Assembly (NCBI GenBank): GCA_021371935.1
Contig: JAJFVF010000009.1
Location: 67,803-131,802 of the forward strand
DNA from: a bacterium
Lineage (GTDB): Bacteria > Armatimonadota > UBA5829
Direction of reading: 5' to 3'
Length of the DNA: 64,000 nt
Part shown: positions 20,299-30,268 of the stretch, piece after piece
How the letters are laid out: each line of letters opens with the position of its first letter
Numbering within the stretch: position 1 is the stretch's first letter
Translations under genes and position numbers: made by a program
Notes under the pieces: model-generated
Told to the model about the DNA's origin: nothing
What the model saw: the letters and a program-made list of their open reading frames with translations, nothing else
Database searches by the model: none

Positions 20299-21201
20299 AT
20301 GAAATGCCCGAAATGTGATGCCCAATTGCCCGAGGGAGCGAAGTTCTGCCCGAATTGCGGAGCAGGCAAATCCGTAGAAACACCGGCACCGGAGGCGAAG
20401 CGTAAGCGCTCACCGCTGGTCTACGTAATAGCTGGATTGGCAGCAATCGCTCTTATAGCGCTCGTGTTCGCTGTGCTGGCAAGCAGAGGAAACGTGACGA
20501 ATGCCCCGTCAGGATCAGCCTCGCCTGGCAATGTCACCAACGCCCCTGCCGGTGCGCCCAACGGCGGCAATGTGTTAAATGCTCCTCCCGGCGCTCCTCC
20601 GACCGGACAGCAGACCCCAGGTGCAATTGCAAAGCCCAAACCGCCGCAGGAGGTTGTCGATTACCTTGCGTATGTCAAAAAGGTAGAGGATCATCGGCAG
20701 ATGCTGCTGAAGGACACAACTACAGCGCTCAGCATGGCTGCTGCGGGAGGCGCGGCTTCCGGGCTTCTAAACTTGATCGATATGGCTGGCGACCCTGATG
20801 GTGAAAAGGCTCGTGATCCTCTTGCCGACACGAAAAAGGAGCTGAATCGCCAGTATAAAAACTGGATCAGTACCCTTCAATACCTCGACAAAAGAGCCGC
20901 TCCGCCTGAGTGCAGGGAGTTTTCGGGCACATATCGCGACGTGATCTTCAAAGAGACAAGAGCCATAGGCGAGATAGCGGTCAATTTCAATGCTGTAAAT
21001 GTTATGAACCCTCAGGACATGTCCAAGCTGTTGGCATCTCTCGAAAAGATGAAGGGTGATCCAACCATTCAGGGCAATATCGATAAAGCAGCCGACACAG
21101 CGGATACTTCTCTCGACAAACTTGTCGCCAACTACGATATGCAAAAACCGTTCTCTGTGCCCCGCGAGTCCAAAACCAGCGGAAGCATCATGGGATTTTA
21201 G
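20299..21201 (+). CDS. Zinc-ribbon (CPKC...CPNC) single-pass membrane protein with an Asn/Pro/Gly-rich repeat linker (GNVTNAP x3) and an extracytoplasmic domain.
   Basis: GAGGAG RBS 9 nt before the ATG at 20299; MKCPKCDAQLPEGAKFCPNCG; TM helix LVYVIAGLAAIALIALVFAVLA. Confidence 0.5.
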   Translation: MKCPKCDAQLPEGAKFCPNCGAGKSVETPAPEAKRKRSPLVYVIAGLAAIALIALVFAVLASRGNVTNAPSGSASPGNVTNAPAGAPNGGNVLNAPPGAPPTGQQTPGAIAKPKPPQEVVDYLAYVKKVEDHRQMLLKDTTTALSMAAAGGAASGLLNLIDMAGDPDGEKARDPLADTKKELNRQYKNWISTLQYLDKRAAPPECREFSGTYRDVIFKETRAIGEIAVNFNAVNVMNPQDMSKLLASLEKMKGDPTIQGNIDKAADTADTSLDKLVANYDMQKPFSVPRESKTSGSIMGF

Positions 21202-21243
21202 ATTGAGTATTTTAGATTTAGTATTTGGTTGTGGGGTGAGGGC

Positions 21244-21747
21244 ATGACTTTTGATGAGATAGTCCAAAAGCTGGGTCTTGAAGCGCACCCCATGGAAGGC
21301 GGATATTTTCGTGAAACATATCGCAGCAGCCTGATCATACCTTCTCATGCCTTGCCCGATGAATATGGTCATGATAAATCTGTGTGCACAGCCATCTACT
21401 TCCTTATCGGTCCGAACCATTACTCGGCAATGCACCGGGTGAAAACCGACGAAATCTTCCACTTCTACTCGGGCGACCCCGTGGAGATGCTCCAACTCCA
21501 TACTGACGGCACACACTCGATCATCACTATAGGCAGCGACATTATGACTGGTGAGTCTCCGCAGGTGGTAGTCCCAGCAGGAACATGGCAGGGCAGCCGA
21601 CTAAAACCCGGCGGCAAGTATGCACTTATGGGCACAACAGTCGCCCCAGCCTTCGACTATGATGACTATGAGCATGGCAGCCGCGAAGCTCTTATTGCAG
21701 AGTACCCTGAGTGCGAGGAGATGATTAAGAAGCTGACAAAAGAATAA
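21244..21747 (+). CDS. Cupin-fold protein (DUF985-like).
   Basis: YFLIGPNHYSAMHRVKTDEIFHFYSGDPVEML pattern; RBS GGGTGAGGG before the ATG at 21244. Confidence 0.5.
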   Translation: MTFDEIVQKLGLEAHPMEGGYFRETYRSSLIIPSHALPDEYGHDKSVCTAIYFLIGPNHYSAMHRVKTDEIFHFYSGDPVEMLQLHTDGTHSIITIGSDIMTGESPQVVVPAGTWQGSRLKPGGKYALMGTTVAPAFDYDDYEHGSREALIAEYPECEEMIKKLTKE

Positions 21748-21751
21748 AAAA

Positions 21752-21777
21752 AGCCGGCTCCCAAAAGGAAGCCGGCT
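21752..21777. terminator. Bidirectional rho-independent terminator between convergent genes.
   Basis: The self-complementary arm agccggct occurs twice, as aaaaaaAGCCGGCTcccaaaaggaAGCCGGCTctc. On the minus strand the hairpin is followed by TTTTTTTATTCTT. Confidence 0.55.
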
Positions 21778-21804
21778 CTCTTACTCTCTGTTATCTGCTC
21801 TCAG

Positions 21805-24015
21805 CTAAACAATCGCCTTCACAGCAGCCACAATATCCGCCACAGTCGGCACACATGCGTCTTCAAGAGGCGCGCTCATCGGGATCGGGCAGTCTTTGCC
21901 GCTGAGCATGATCGGCTGAGCGTCAAGATAGTCGAACCCTGTGTAACCGTCGTCAAACTTGTATTCAATTGTCTGGCGAACGATTTCACCTGCAACACCA
22001 CATCTCGGGTAGCCCTCTGAGACAGTAATCAGTTTGCCTGTCTTGCGAACGGACTTGGCTATACACTCAGCATCCAGCGGATTGAGTGTGCGCGGGTCGA
22101 TGACCTCGACGTTTATTCCCTCTGCTGCAAGTTTCTCTGCTGCATCCAAAGCAAAGTGGAGCATTCGGCAGTAGGCGACGATTGTTGCGTCGGTCCCCTC
22201 GCGCTTGATGTCGGCAACACCCAGTGGGATGATGTAGTCATCATCCGGCACAGGTCCCATAACACTTGAATACATTACCTTGTGCTCGATAAACAGGACA
22301 GGATTATCATCACGTATGGCGGCCTTAAGCAGACCCTTGGCGTCATACGGTGTCGACGGCATCACAACATAGATACCTGGGATGTTCATGAACATCGCCT
22401 CAAGGTTTTCTGAGTGGTGAGCCGCAATCGATCTGCCCACACCGCCCTCTGTCCTTACGACAGCCGGGACCTTGGTTTTGCCGCCGAACATATAGCGGTT
22501 GTAACCCAGGTTATGGATAAGCTGATCGGAAGAGATTGTCAGGAAGTCGATATACATGATCTCGGCGATAGGGCGCAGACCGCGCATGGCAGCGCCGCCT
22601 GCCGCTCCGACTATGGCCGCTTCGCTGATAGCGGTATCGATCACTCGCTTAGGACCGAACTGATCATAAAGGCCGCGGGTCGCAGCATATGCGCCGCCAT
22701 AGAGTCCGACGTCTTCGCCCATAATGATGACTCGCTCGTCACGCTCCATCTCTTCGCGCTGAGCATCCACCAATGCCTGACCGTAGTTCTTGATCGGCAT
22801 TCCGAACTTGCCTTCAAGCGTCTTTACATCACTGGCTTTGATCTTGGGAAGAGTGGCATTAGCAGTCTTGCGCACCTCTGCTTCAATCTCTTTTATCTTC
22901 GGCAGGTAATTATTTTCTGCCTTAATCTCGGCAGCAAGCTCCTGCGGGTTCTTTGGCACATAAATATCGTTGTAAAGCTCGCTCACGTCTGGATACGGAC
23001 TGTCGATACCGAACTTGGTAGCGTCTTCGATAGTCTTAACGGCTTTCTTCTCGGCTTCATCAAGTTCAGCTTCCGTGGCAATACCTGCGTCAAGCAGTTT
23101 CTTGCGCAATACTGTCAGTGGGTCGCGCTCTTTCCACTCGGCTTCTTCTTCGCGAGTTCGATATGCTCTCTGATCGCTGGAAGAGTGGCCATACCAGCGG
23201 TATGTTTTGCACTCGACCAAGGTCGGGCCATCGCCTTTTCGCGCTCTATCGACAGCTTCCTTTACGGCTTTTTTGACTGCAAGGACATCCATTCCATCGC
23301 AGATCGTGCTCGGCATACCGTATGCCGACGCTCTGTCTGCAATATCTCTAATCTTAGAGGCCTGACCAGCGCATGCCACTGTCCTGTCATGGAAAGGCAC
23401 GCTCATACCATAGAGGTTATTCTCACATATGTATACGACCGGCAATCCGCAAAGCATCGCGGAACCCATATTAAGGGCTTCGTGGAACGAACCTGTGTTG
23501 GTTGCGCCGTCTCCAAAGTAGCAGAGAACGACTGCACCGGTTCCCTTCAGTTCTTCTGCAAGAGCGGCTCCGGTGGCGATTGGGATATTTCCGCCGACTA
23601 TACCGGTCGACCCTAGGTTACCCTTCTCGACATCGGCGATGTGCATTGACCCACCGCGACCTTTACAATATCCGGTGGATTTGCCCATAAGCTCGGCCAT
23701 CATCTTGTTCCAATGTTCCTGGCGGGCTTTTTCGTCTTTGGCGTGTTTGTTACCTATCGCGCCGCAGTGACCGTGTCCTCTGTGTGTACTGGCGATAACG
23801 TCTCGATCTTCGATAACGGCGACCGAACCGACCGCTACAGCTTCCTGCCCTGCATACAGGTGGGACGCTCCTTTGATCGTTCCTTCTCTAAGGAGGCGAT
23901 ATAGGGTGTCCTCGAAATTGCGGATCTCATACATCTGTCGCAGATAATCAAGCAGTACATCTTTGGACTCAGACGGCAAGTTTGAGGCTTTCTTTGGTGA
24001 GGATGTTTTTGGCAT
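21805..24015 (-). CDS. 2-oxoacid (pyruvate/branched-chain/acetoin-type) dehydrogenase E1 component with alpha and beta subunits fused in one polypeptide.
   Basis: The N-terminal half has E1-alpha motifs (HLYAGQEA, YRWYGHSSSDQRAYR). The C-terminal half has E1-beta motifs (GEDVGLYGGAYAATRGLYDQFGPKRVIDTAISEAAIVGAAGGAAMRGLRPIAEIMYIDF). Confidence 0.8.
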   Translation of the reverse strand: MPKTSSPKKASNLPSESKDVLLDYLRQMYEIRNFEDTLYRLLREGTIKGASHLYAGQEAVAVGSVAVIEDRDVIASTHRGHGHCGAIGNKHAKDEKARQEHWNKMMAELMGKSTGYCKGRGGSMHIADVEKGNLGSTGIVGGNIPIATGAALAEELKGTGAVVLCYFGDGATNTGSFHEALNMGSAMLCGLPVVYICENNLYGMSVPFHDRTVACAGQASKIRDIADRASAYGMPSTICDGMDVLAVKKAVKEAVDRARKGDGPTLVECKTYRWYGHSSSDQRAYRTREEEAEWKERDPLTVLRKKLLDAGIATEAELDEAEKKAVKTIEDATKFGIDSPYPDVSELYNDIYVPKNPQELAAEIKAENNYLPKIKEIEAEVRKTANATLPKIKASDVKTLEGKFGMPIKNYGQALVDAQREEMERDERVIIMGEDVGLYGGAYAATRGLYDQFGPKRVIDTAISEAAIVGAAGGAAMRGLRPIAEIMYIDFLTISSDQLIHNLGYNRYMFGGKTKVPAVVRTEGGVGRSIAAHHSENLEAMFMNIPGIYVVMPSTPYDAKGLLKAAIRDDNPVLFIEHKVMYSSVMGPVPDDDYIIPLGVADIKREGTDATIVAYCRMLHFALDAAEKLAAEGINVEVIDPRTLNPLDAECIAKSVRKTGKLITVSEGYPRCGVAGEIVRQTIEYKFDDGYTGFDYLDAQPIMLSGKDCPIPMSAPLEDACVPTVADIVAAVKAIV

Positions 24016-24177
24016 TTCGCAGTAGCTCCTTCAAAAAAGTAACGCGGCTTATGCCCGCGTCACATAAAGTACGTATGGGTTCATACTCGAGTGTTTTTAC
24101 ACCAACTAGTATTCTACAGCTCATGTCCAGAATAAGTCAATGTACATCAATGTACCATCCAAAGGCAACTCGACATC

Positions 24178-24206
24178 TTGATAACTAAAATGCATTGTGG
24201 TAAAAT
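24178..24206 (+). promoter_or_regulatory. Sigma70-like promoter for tRNA-Ser: TTGATA-N17-TAAAAT, with the tRNA starting 8 nt downstream.
   Basis: Seen in sequence. Confidence 0.45.
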
Positions 24207-24214
24207 ACAAATGT

Positions 24215-24306
24215 GGAGAGGTGGCTGAGTGGTCGAAAGCGATCGCCTGCTAAGTGATTGCGGGGGGAAACCTCCGCCCCGGGTTCGAATCCCGGCCTCT
24301 CCGCCA
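24215..24306 (+). tRNA. tRNA-Ser (anticodon GCT), 92 nt, with a long variable arm and an encoded CCA.
   Basis: Manual fold: acceptor ggagagg/cctctcc; D-stem gct/agc; anticodon stem atcgc/gtgat; loop cTGCTaa; 7 bp variable stem with a GAAA loop; T-arm ccggg-TTCGAAT-cccgg; discriminator G; CCA. Confidence 0.85.
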
Positions 24307-24559
24307 TTTTTTGTGCGTGAAATTGAGGAAATTTAAGGAACTGCAAACCAACTAACCCTCGATCACCTTGATCAAACAGCTTTCTACAGCCTGAAAAGAA
24401 CTAATTGTCATTCACTCACCATCTGCAATGAAAGCAAGACCTAGAGAAAAATTCATTATACTAGACTATTATATTATATGAGTGTTGATAATTCTTGTGT
24501 TTGGTGATATAGTGCAAGCAGTCGAGCAATATAATATTGCTAAAAAGGTTGTGATTGAA

Positions 24560-27058
24560 ATGTGTAGATCATTATGTATGTTGTTTGCGTGTGTTGCTAT
24601 TTGTGTCTCATGCTCTATTTCATGTCACGCCGGAGCTATATCTACAGGAGATGGTGGGTGGGAGTGGCAGAACCCAATAACCGGCTCGTCTAATTTCATG
24701 TCAGTCTTTTTTTTAGATAAGGACACTGGCTGGGTAGGTGGAAGTGGCACACTCCTTAGCACAAACACGGCGGGCAGATACTGGTTGCCCACACAGCCCG
24801 AATTTACAACGCCGAGTACCGACAAGTCTCTACATTCCGTTTGTTTTACTAGCCCGACTGTTGGTTGGGGGGTAACCGGGGAACGGTCATCAACCTTTTT
24901 TACTTTGCTTGTTAACACACAAGATGGGGGCAAAACATGGTCATATGTGTGGCTTGGACAAACAATGTGTGTCTCCAAGGTGATATTCATAGATGAAAAT
25001 CATGGTTGGGTTGCTGGATACTATAACGGGGAAGGGGCTATCTCTAGAACAACCGATGGGGGCAAAACATGGACGCCTGCAAACGTTGAAAACTGTCAAC
25101 CAGTTGCGGATATGTGCTTCGTAGATTCTCAAACCGGATGGGCTGTAGGTGCATACGACAGTAATCACAACGACTTCATCATAAAAACTACAGACGGTGG
25201 CCAAACATGGACCCGCTTGAGTCCCAATACTTATGATAGCCTAGTTTCTGTCCATTTTATCGATCACAGCACAGGATGGACAGTTGGTCATAATTCGTAT
25301 ACAGGATACGACATCATTCTTAGAACTACCGACGGCGGGCTTACCTGGTCAAGCCAGAACATTTGGGATTATCAAAGCAGATTTTTGACATCTGCATATT
25401 TTGTTGGAAATACTGGTTGGATAATTGGCAGTGAACGCGGATGCACATATAAAACCATGGATGGAGGCTTGACGTGGACACGCCAAAGCTTAGCAACCTA
25501 TATGATCCCAAACTCTATCTTTGCTATTGACAGTAATACAGCATGGATTACATCTAGTCAGTTTATTTTCTACACTGAAGATGGTGGGGCGAACTGGAAA
25601 TCAATAGGTAATCAAAATAGCGTGGACATATATGATGCGAGTCTAGTCGACAAGTCAACTCTTGTTGCGGTAGGTACTGCATACGCTGACGAAGACCACA
25701 ACGCGATAATCAAGACAACAGACGGTGGCATTAATTGGACACCTCAAGCAAGCTTATATACAGTCAGACTCAAGGGTGTATCTTTTATTGATCCTAATTG
25801 GGGATGGGCTTTGGGATATGACGGCAACACTTACAAAACCGTAATATACAGGACAACCAACGGAGGTACAACCTGGACTTCCACGACTTTTGCAGATTTA
25901 TCTAATGCAGGGCCGCTTTGCTTCCTGGATAAAGTGAATGGTTGCATGGGTACTGCAAACGGTCTATTGTGTTGGACTTCAACAGGAGGCAACTCTTGGA
26001 CCACAATTACTTCGTCAGGCTCCACGAGCATTGCTAAAATGCAGTTCACAAGTTCTGCGGAAGGCTATGCAATCGGCAGTGTCTGGACCGCAAATTCAAC
26101 GGAAGGAAGAAAGGATACCGGCACCATATGGCATACAACAGACATGGGTCATACATGGCAGATGAATAAAATTGCTGGACTGAATGCACTAACCTCTATT
26201 TTCTTTCTCAACCCTTCCACCGGATGGCTCGCAGACTATCAAGGTACTGTGCTAAAGACTACAGATGGCGGTGTGACCTGGGCGAGCCAGCCAGTGAGCA
26301 TAGGGGAATCTTCCAGATCAATCTCCTTTTCTGATGCGAATGCTGGATGGGCAGTATGTGGATCAGAGGGAGTTACTGCCTTAACTGCCGTCTATAAAAC
26401 GACGGACGGTGGTGTAAATTGGAGCCTAAAGGATGTTGGCACAAAGAGAGCGTTAACCTGCGTAAAATTCGCAGATACCGATACGGGCTGGATATTCGGA
26501 CAAAGCGGCACAATTCTCCATACTTCAACGGCGGGGATGCCTGGTTGCATATGGGCAAAACTGCGCCCCGACGGAACACCTGCGAACTTTGGACATGTAT
26601 ACATAATCGCAAAAATGCCGGACTATATCTACGTAGAGCATCCAGACCACTGTGCTGGTATTCGTGTTAATACCACGGACTCGAGCCTTTGCGTTGGTGA
26701 CCTTGTTTACATTCATGGCATACTTACTACAACAAATGGCAAGAAAGCTATCGACGCTGATTCAGTTGAAGTGTTATATCACGGCTACTCCCAGAAACCA
26801 ACATCCGCGATATCTGATGTAAAAAAACAGCAGAGCACAACGCAAGTGCATTGCAGCAACGTCGTGGTAACAGCGATATTTGCTAATTGCATATATGTCG
26901 AGCAAGAAAATCGCCTGTCAGGCATTCGTGTAAACACAAGCGACTTATCTTTTAATGTTGGAGATCTGGTCGCAGTTGATGGTGCTCTCAACACAGTAGA
27001 TGGCGAACGTATAATTGAGGCTGAGTCAATTGATCTTATATGCCCTGCCGGAACGTAA
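24560..27058 (+). CDS. Secreted BNR/Ycf48-like (Asp-box) multi-blade beta-propeller protein with a tandemly duplicated C-terminal beta-sandwich-like domain.
   Basis: About 12 repeats of T(T/Q)DGG(K/Q/L/V)TW; Cys-rich signal peptide MCRSLCMLFACVAICVSC; C-terminal duplicated blocks IYVE...GIRVNT.D.S..VGDLV. The gene is visibly more AT-rich than its neighbours. Confidence 0.65.
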   Translation: MCRSLCMLFACVAICVSCSISCHAGAISTGDGGWEWQNPITGSSNFMSVFFLDKDTGWVGGSGTLLSTNTAGRYWLPTQPEFTTPSTDKSLHSVCFTSPTVGWGVTGERSSTFFTLLVNTQDGGKTWSYVWLGQTMCVSKVIFIDENHGWVAGYYNGEGAISRTTDGGKTWTPANVENCQPVADMCFVDSQTGWAVGAYDSNHNDFIIKTTDGGQTWTRLSPNTYDSLVSVHFIDHSTGWTVGHNSYTGYDIILRTTDGGLTWSSQNIWDYQSRFLTSAYFVGNTGWIIGSERGCTYKTMDGGLTWTRQSLATYMIPNSIFAIDSNTAWITSSQFIFYTEDGGANWKSIGNQNSVDIYDASLVDKSTLVAVGTAYADEDHNAIIKTTDGGINWTPQASLYTVRLKGVSFIDPNWGWALGYDGNTYKTVIYRTTNGGTTWTSTTFADLSNAGPLCFLDKVNGCMGTANGLLCWTSTGGNSWTTITSSGSTSIAKMQFTSSAEGYAIGSVWTANSTEGRKDTGTIWHTTDMGHTWQMNKIAGLNALTSIFFLNPSTGWLADYQGTVLKTTDGGVTWASQPVSIGESSRSISFSDANAGWAVCGSEGVTALTAVYKTTDGGVNWSLKDVGTKRALTCVKFADTDTGWIFGQSGTILHTSTAGMPGCIWAKLRPDGTPANFGHVYIIAKMPDYIYVEHPDHCAGIRVNTTDSSLCVGDLVYIHGILTTTNGKKAIDADSVEVLYHGYSQKPTSAISDVKKQQSTTQVHCSNVVVTAIFANCIYVEQENRLSGIRVNTSDLSFNVGDLVAVDGALNTVDGERIIEAESIDLICPAGT

Positions 27059-27257
27059 TTAGTAAATATGGCCTTGAACTTGTATTAGAGATATGTGTTT
27101 GAATATACTGTATCCAGACCGAGATATGCAATTTACTTGGCGTAAATTGCTAAGTGTAATCTTAAGCACAGTTGATTGAATATGGGGCCAATAATAGTTA
27201 CGAATCAAGATGGTCAGCAGTTCGCATATAATGCCATTCAGGCAAAAAAACAGAAGC

Positions 27258-27689
27258 TTAAAGACGGATGTCAAAGCTTAATGGGTGGATTGCGAAGGTA
27301 TATGATGGCCTTACGCTAATTACGGCGCGATTATATATGTTTTGCAAACCGAGAGTATGGAACACTTGCCGGAAGTGCAAACATTCCATACTAATAATTA
27401 CAATTATCGCTACGCGGATTTTGCCAGTCACAGTGACTGGATATGTTCCATAGCCGACTGTAGCCAGCGTAACCATTCCCTGGTACATTGCGGCCGGGAT
27501 GCTCTTGAAACTATCCGGCCGCACATCGTATTCAATTTCATACATCTTGGTTCTCTTATCGATATCGGGATGGGCCATACTCAACCTGATTCTAGCTATT
27601 ACTTTTGTTTTTTGAGGAATTGCAACCATTAGCCCTCTACCGGACTCTAGCTCGCCGAACGCTCTATTGACTTTGCTATTTTTGCCCAC
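27258..27689 (-). pseudogene. K+ channel pore-helix/selectivity-filter/inner-helix remnant (TVGYG) lacking the outer TM helix. Probably a gene fragment.
   Basis: SFKSIPAAMYQGMVTLATVGYGTYPVTVTGKIRVAIIVIIS matches the pore helix, TVGYG filter and TM2 of KcsA-type channels. There is no hydrophobic TM1 upstream in any frame. The ORF has a GTG start directly after an in-frame TGA and overlaps the glnS stop by about 43 nt. Confidence 0.45.
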
Positions 27690-29371
27690 GAATCACGTAA
27701 AGTAGCTGTTCGATTAAAGATGAGTTTTTGAGCAGTCGAGTCGATATCGACGCAGAAGTAACCTTGTCTCTCGAACTGGTAACGAGTGCCAGGTTTAGCT
27801 CCGACTACACTCGGTTCTATATAGCAAGTGGCAACTTCGAGCGAATTTGGGTTTAGGTTGGAAAACCAGTCCTGACCCTCTTCGACATCATCCGGGTCTG
27901 GTTTGCTGAAAAGGTGATCGTAGAGTCGGACCTCTGCCGATATGGCCTTGCTTGCCGCAACCCAATGCAACGTTGCTTTTACCTTGCGACCATCCGGCGC
28001 ATCTCCACCGCGTGTCGCAGGATCGTATGTGCAATGCAACTCCACTATCTCGCCGTTTGCATCTTTTATCACATCATTACATTTGATAAAGTAGGCGTTG
28101 CGCAGCCGGACCTCGCGGCCGGGAGCCAGGCGGAAATATTTAGGCGGAGGCACTTCTCGGAAGTCCTCGCGTTCGATATAAAGCTCCTTTGCAAACGGAA
28201 CTTTGCGCGTTCCGGTGCTGGGGTCTTCTGGGTTATTGATGATGTCCAACTCTTCGGTCTGTCCCTCAGGGTAATTTGTGATGACAACCTTCAGCGGGTC
28301 CATAACAGCCATTACTCGCTGCGAGCGCTTGTTGAGGTCATCGCGCACACAGTCTTCCAGCACTGCAACATCGACCACGCTGTCTGTTTTTGCCACACCT
28401 ATTCTGCGGCAGAACTCATGAATAGCTTCAGGCGTGTAGCCTCTTCTGCGTAGGCCGGCCAGTGTTGGGAGCCTGGGATCATCATAGCCGCTGACATAAC
28501 CGCCGCTCACAAGCTCGATGAATCGTCGCTTACTCATAACGGTATGGGTCAAGTTGAGCCGTGCGAATTCGATCTGGCGTGGATGATAGATGCCTAGCTG
28601 ATCCAGGAACCAATCATACAATGGTCGATGTATCTCATATTCCAGCGAGCAGAGCGAGTGAGTTACTCCCTCGATAGAGTCTTCCAAGCCGTGAGCCCAG
28701 TCATACATTGGATAGATACACCACTTGTCACCCTGGCGATGATGCTCTGCATGGCGTATGCGATACATTATCGGGTCACGCAGGTTTAGATTGGGCGAAG
28801 ACATATCTATTTTGGCACGCAGAGTCCTTGTCCCATCTGGAAACTCGCCTGCGCGCATCCTCTGAAACAGGTCCAGATTTTCTTCCACACTGCGGTTACG
28901 GTAAGGGCTTTCCTTACCCGGTTCGGTAGGTGCACCGCGCATGTCGATGACTTCCTCAGGTGACAGGTCACAAACATATGCCTTCCCCTTTTTTATGAGA
29001 TCGATAGCCCACTCATACATCTGCTCGAAATAATCTGATCCGAAGAACAACCGATCATCCCAGTCGGCTCCGAGCCAGCGGACGTCTTCTATTATTGCAT
29101 CGACAAACTCCTGCTCTTCTTTGGTGGGGTTAGTGTCGTCAAAGCGCAGGTTAAACTTACCGCCGAACTCCTGGGCGACGCCATAATCTATCCATATAGC
29201 CTTGGCATGGCCGATATGCAGATAGGCGTTGGGTTCGGGAGGAAACCGCGTATGGACATGGTCGAATCGACCTTCGCGCAGATCTTCTTTGATGGCTTCA
29301 CGAATGAAGTCTGTGGATTCACCGCGGTCTTCACCAGCAGGGTCGGCATTTTGTTTGTTTGTCTCATTCAT
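27647..29371 (-). CDS. glnS: Glutaminyl-tRNA synthetase.
   Basis: [43 protein letters not shown] (HIGH motif) and VMSKR (KMSKS motif); 574 aa. Confidence 0.85.
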   Translation of the reverse strand: MNETNKQNADPAGEDRGESTDFIREAIKEDLREGRFDHVHTRFPPEPNAYLHIGHAKAIWIDYGVAQEFGGKFNLRFDDTNPTKEEQEFVDAIIEDVRWLGADWDDRLFFGSDYFEQMYEWAIDLIKKGKAYVCDLSPEEVIDMRGAPTEPGKESPYRNRSVEENLDLFQRMRAGEFPDGTRTLRAKIDMSSPNLNLRDPIMYRIRHAEHHRQGDKWCIYPMYDWAHGLEDSIEGVTHSLCSLEYEIHRPLYDWFLDQLGIYHPRQIEFARLNLTHTVMSKRRFIELVSGGYVSGYDDPRLPTLAGLRRRGYTPEAIHEFCRRIGVAKTDSVVDVAVLEDCVRDDLNKRSQRVMAVMDPLKVVITNYPEGQTEELDIINNPEDPSTGTRKVPFAKELYIEREDFREVPPPKYFRLAPGREVRLRNAYFIKCNDVIKDANGEIVELHCTYDPATRGGDAPDGRKVKATLHWVAASKAISAEVRLYDHLFSKPDPDDVEEGQDWFSNLNPNSLEVATCYIEPSVVGAKPGTRYQFERQGYFCVDIDSTAQKLIFNRTATLRDSWAKIAKSIERSAS

Positions 29372-29569
29372 AATTCATGCATCTCTTTTCGCAAGGTTTG
29401 ACGATTAATTTTGACACATTGAGCACGCAAGGTCAAGGCAGGTTTCAAGTGGGCGAATAAGCGGAACAATAACTCCGTCAATGGCGTAATATCAATTTAT
29501 ACCGTCGAACGACCAGAATATAAAATATGATATACTCAATATGGAACAGTCTGTCGGGAGGCCGGCAAT

Positions 29570-30244
29570 TTGAACGATAACAAACCAATAATTGAAGCGC
29601 AGGCTCTAAAAGACAAGTTGAACCGCGCTCTACGGCGGCTTGCGGGTCTAAAGGAGAAAAGCAAGCTGTTGGAAATGCAGTATGAGGACGCAAAGTCACG
29701 CGAGAAGAACTCCAATGAGCTTGTTATGGAACTGCTCGAGCGCCAGCGTGAACTCAATGTAATGCTCAATCGTGCGAACATCATGCTCAACCGGACTCAG
29801 GAGGCCATGGCCTTAACGTCAATGGAGTTCAATGAGATCGCCAAAGCGCTGCCTGAACCTAAGAAGGCAGAGTGGTCCGAGCGAGTGGCCAAGGTAAATG
29901 AACTCTTCAAGAAGACCGGCATTCAAGATGCTGAAGTTCTTGGTTTAGACTCAGCAGACCCCACAAAGTTCGGCGCGGATGAGATAAAGAAAGAGTCCCA
30001 GCAGGCCTTTGGCCGCAAAGAATCGTTCTGGACCAGAGAAGTGCACACAGAGCCTCCGCAAGTCGAAGCAGAAGTTGTCGATGAGCATGAACCGAATGTG
30101 ACTGCAGCAAAGTCTGATACGGACAGTGCAGTTCCCGATGAAGACTCATTGAATAAGGTTGCGGAGGATTATGCTGAGCCCGACGAATCACCCAAGAAGA
30201 GTTGGTGGCAAAAGGCCTTCGCCAAATCCGGCACAGATGATTGA
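29570..30244 (+). CDS. Coiled-coil hypothetical protein with an acidic C-terminus.
   Basis: Heptad-rich N-terminal half; no recognisable enzymatic motif. It ends 4 nt before an ORF that continues into the MEMO1-like gene. Confidence 0.45.
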   Translation: MNDNKPIIEAQALKDKLNRALRRLAGLKEKSKLLEMQYEDAKSREKNSNELVMELLERQRELNVMLNRANIMLNRTQEAMALTSMEFNEIAKALPEPKKAEWSERVAKVNELFKKTGIQDAEVLGLDSADPTKFGADEIKKESQQAFGRKESFWTREVHTEPPQVEAEVVDEHEPNVTAAKSDTDSAVPDEDSLNKVAEDYAEPDESPKKSWWQKAFAKSGTDD

Positions 30245-30268
30245 CCTATGACCTCTGGAGGCGCCGAA

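Noticed and set aside
20767-21516. 249 aa minus-strand ORF spanning the zinc-ribbon and cupin genes.
   Set aside because: It is antisense to two plus-strand genes that have RBSs and recognisable motifs, and it has no motif or RBS of its own.
22414-23616. 400 aa plus-strand ORF inside the E1 alpha-beta gene.
   Set aside because: It is an antisense shadow of a gene with unambiguous E1-alpha and E1-beta motifs.
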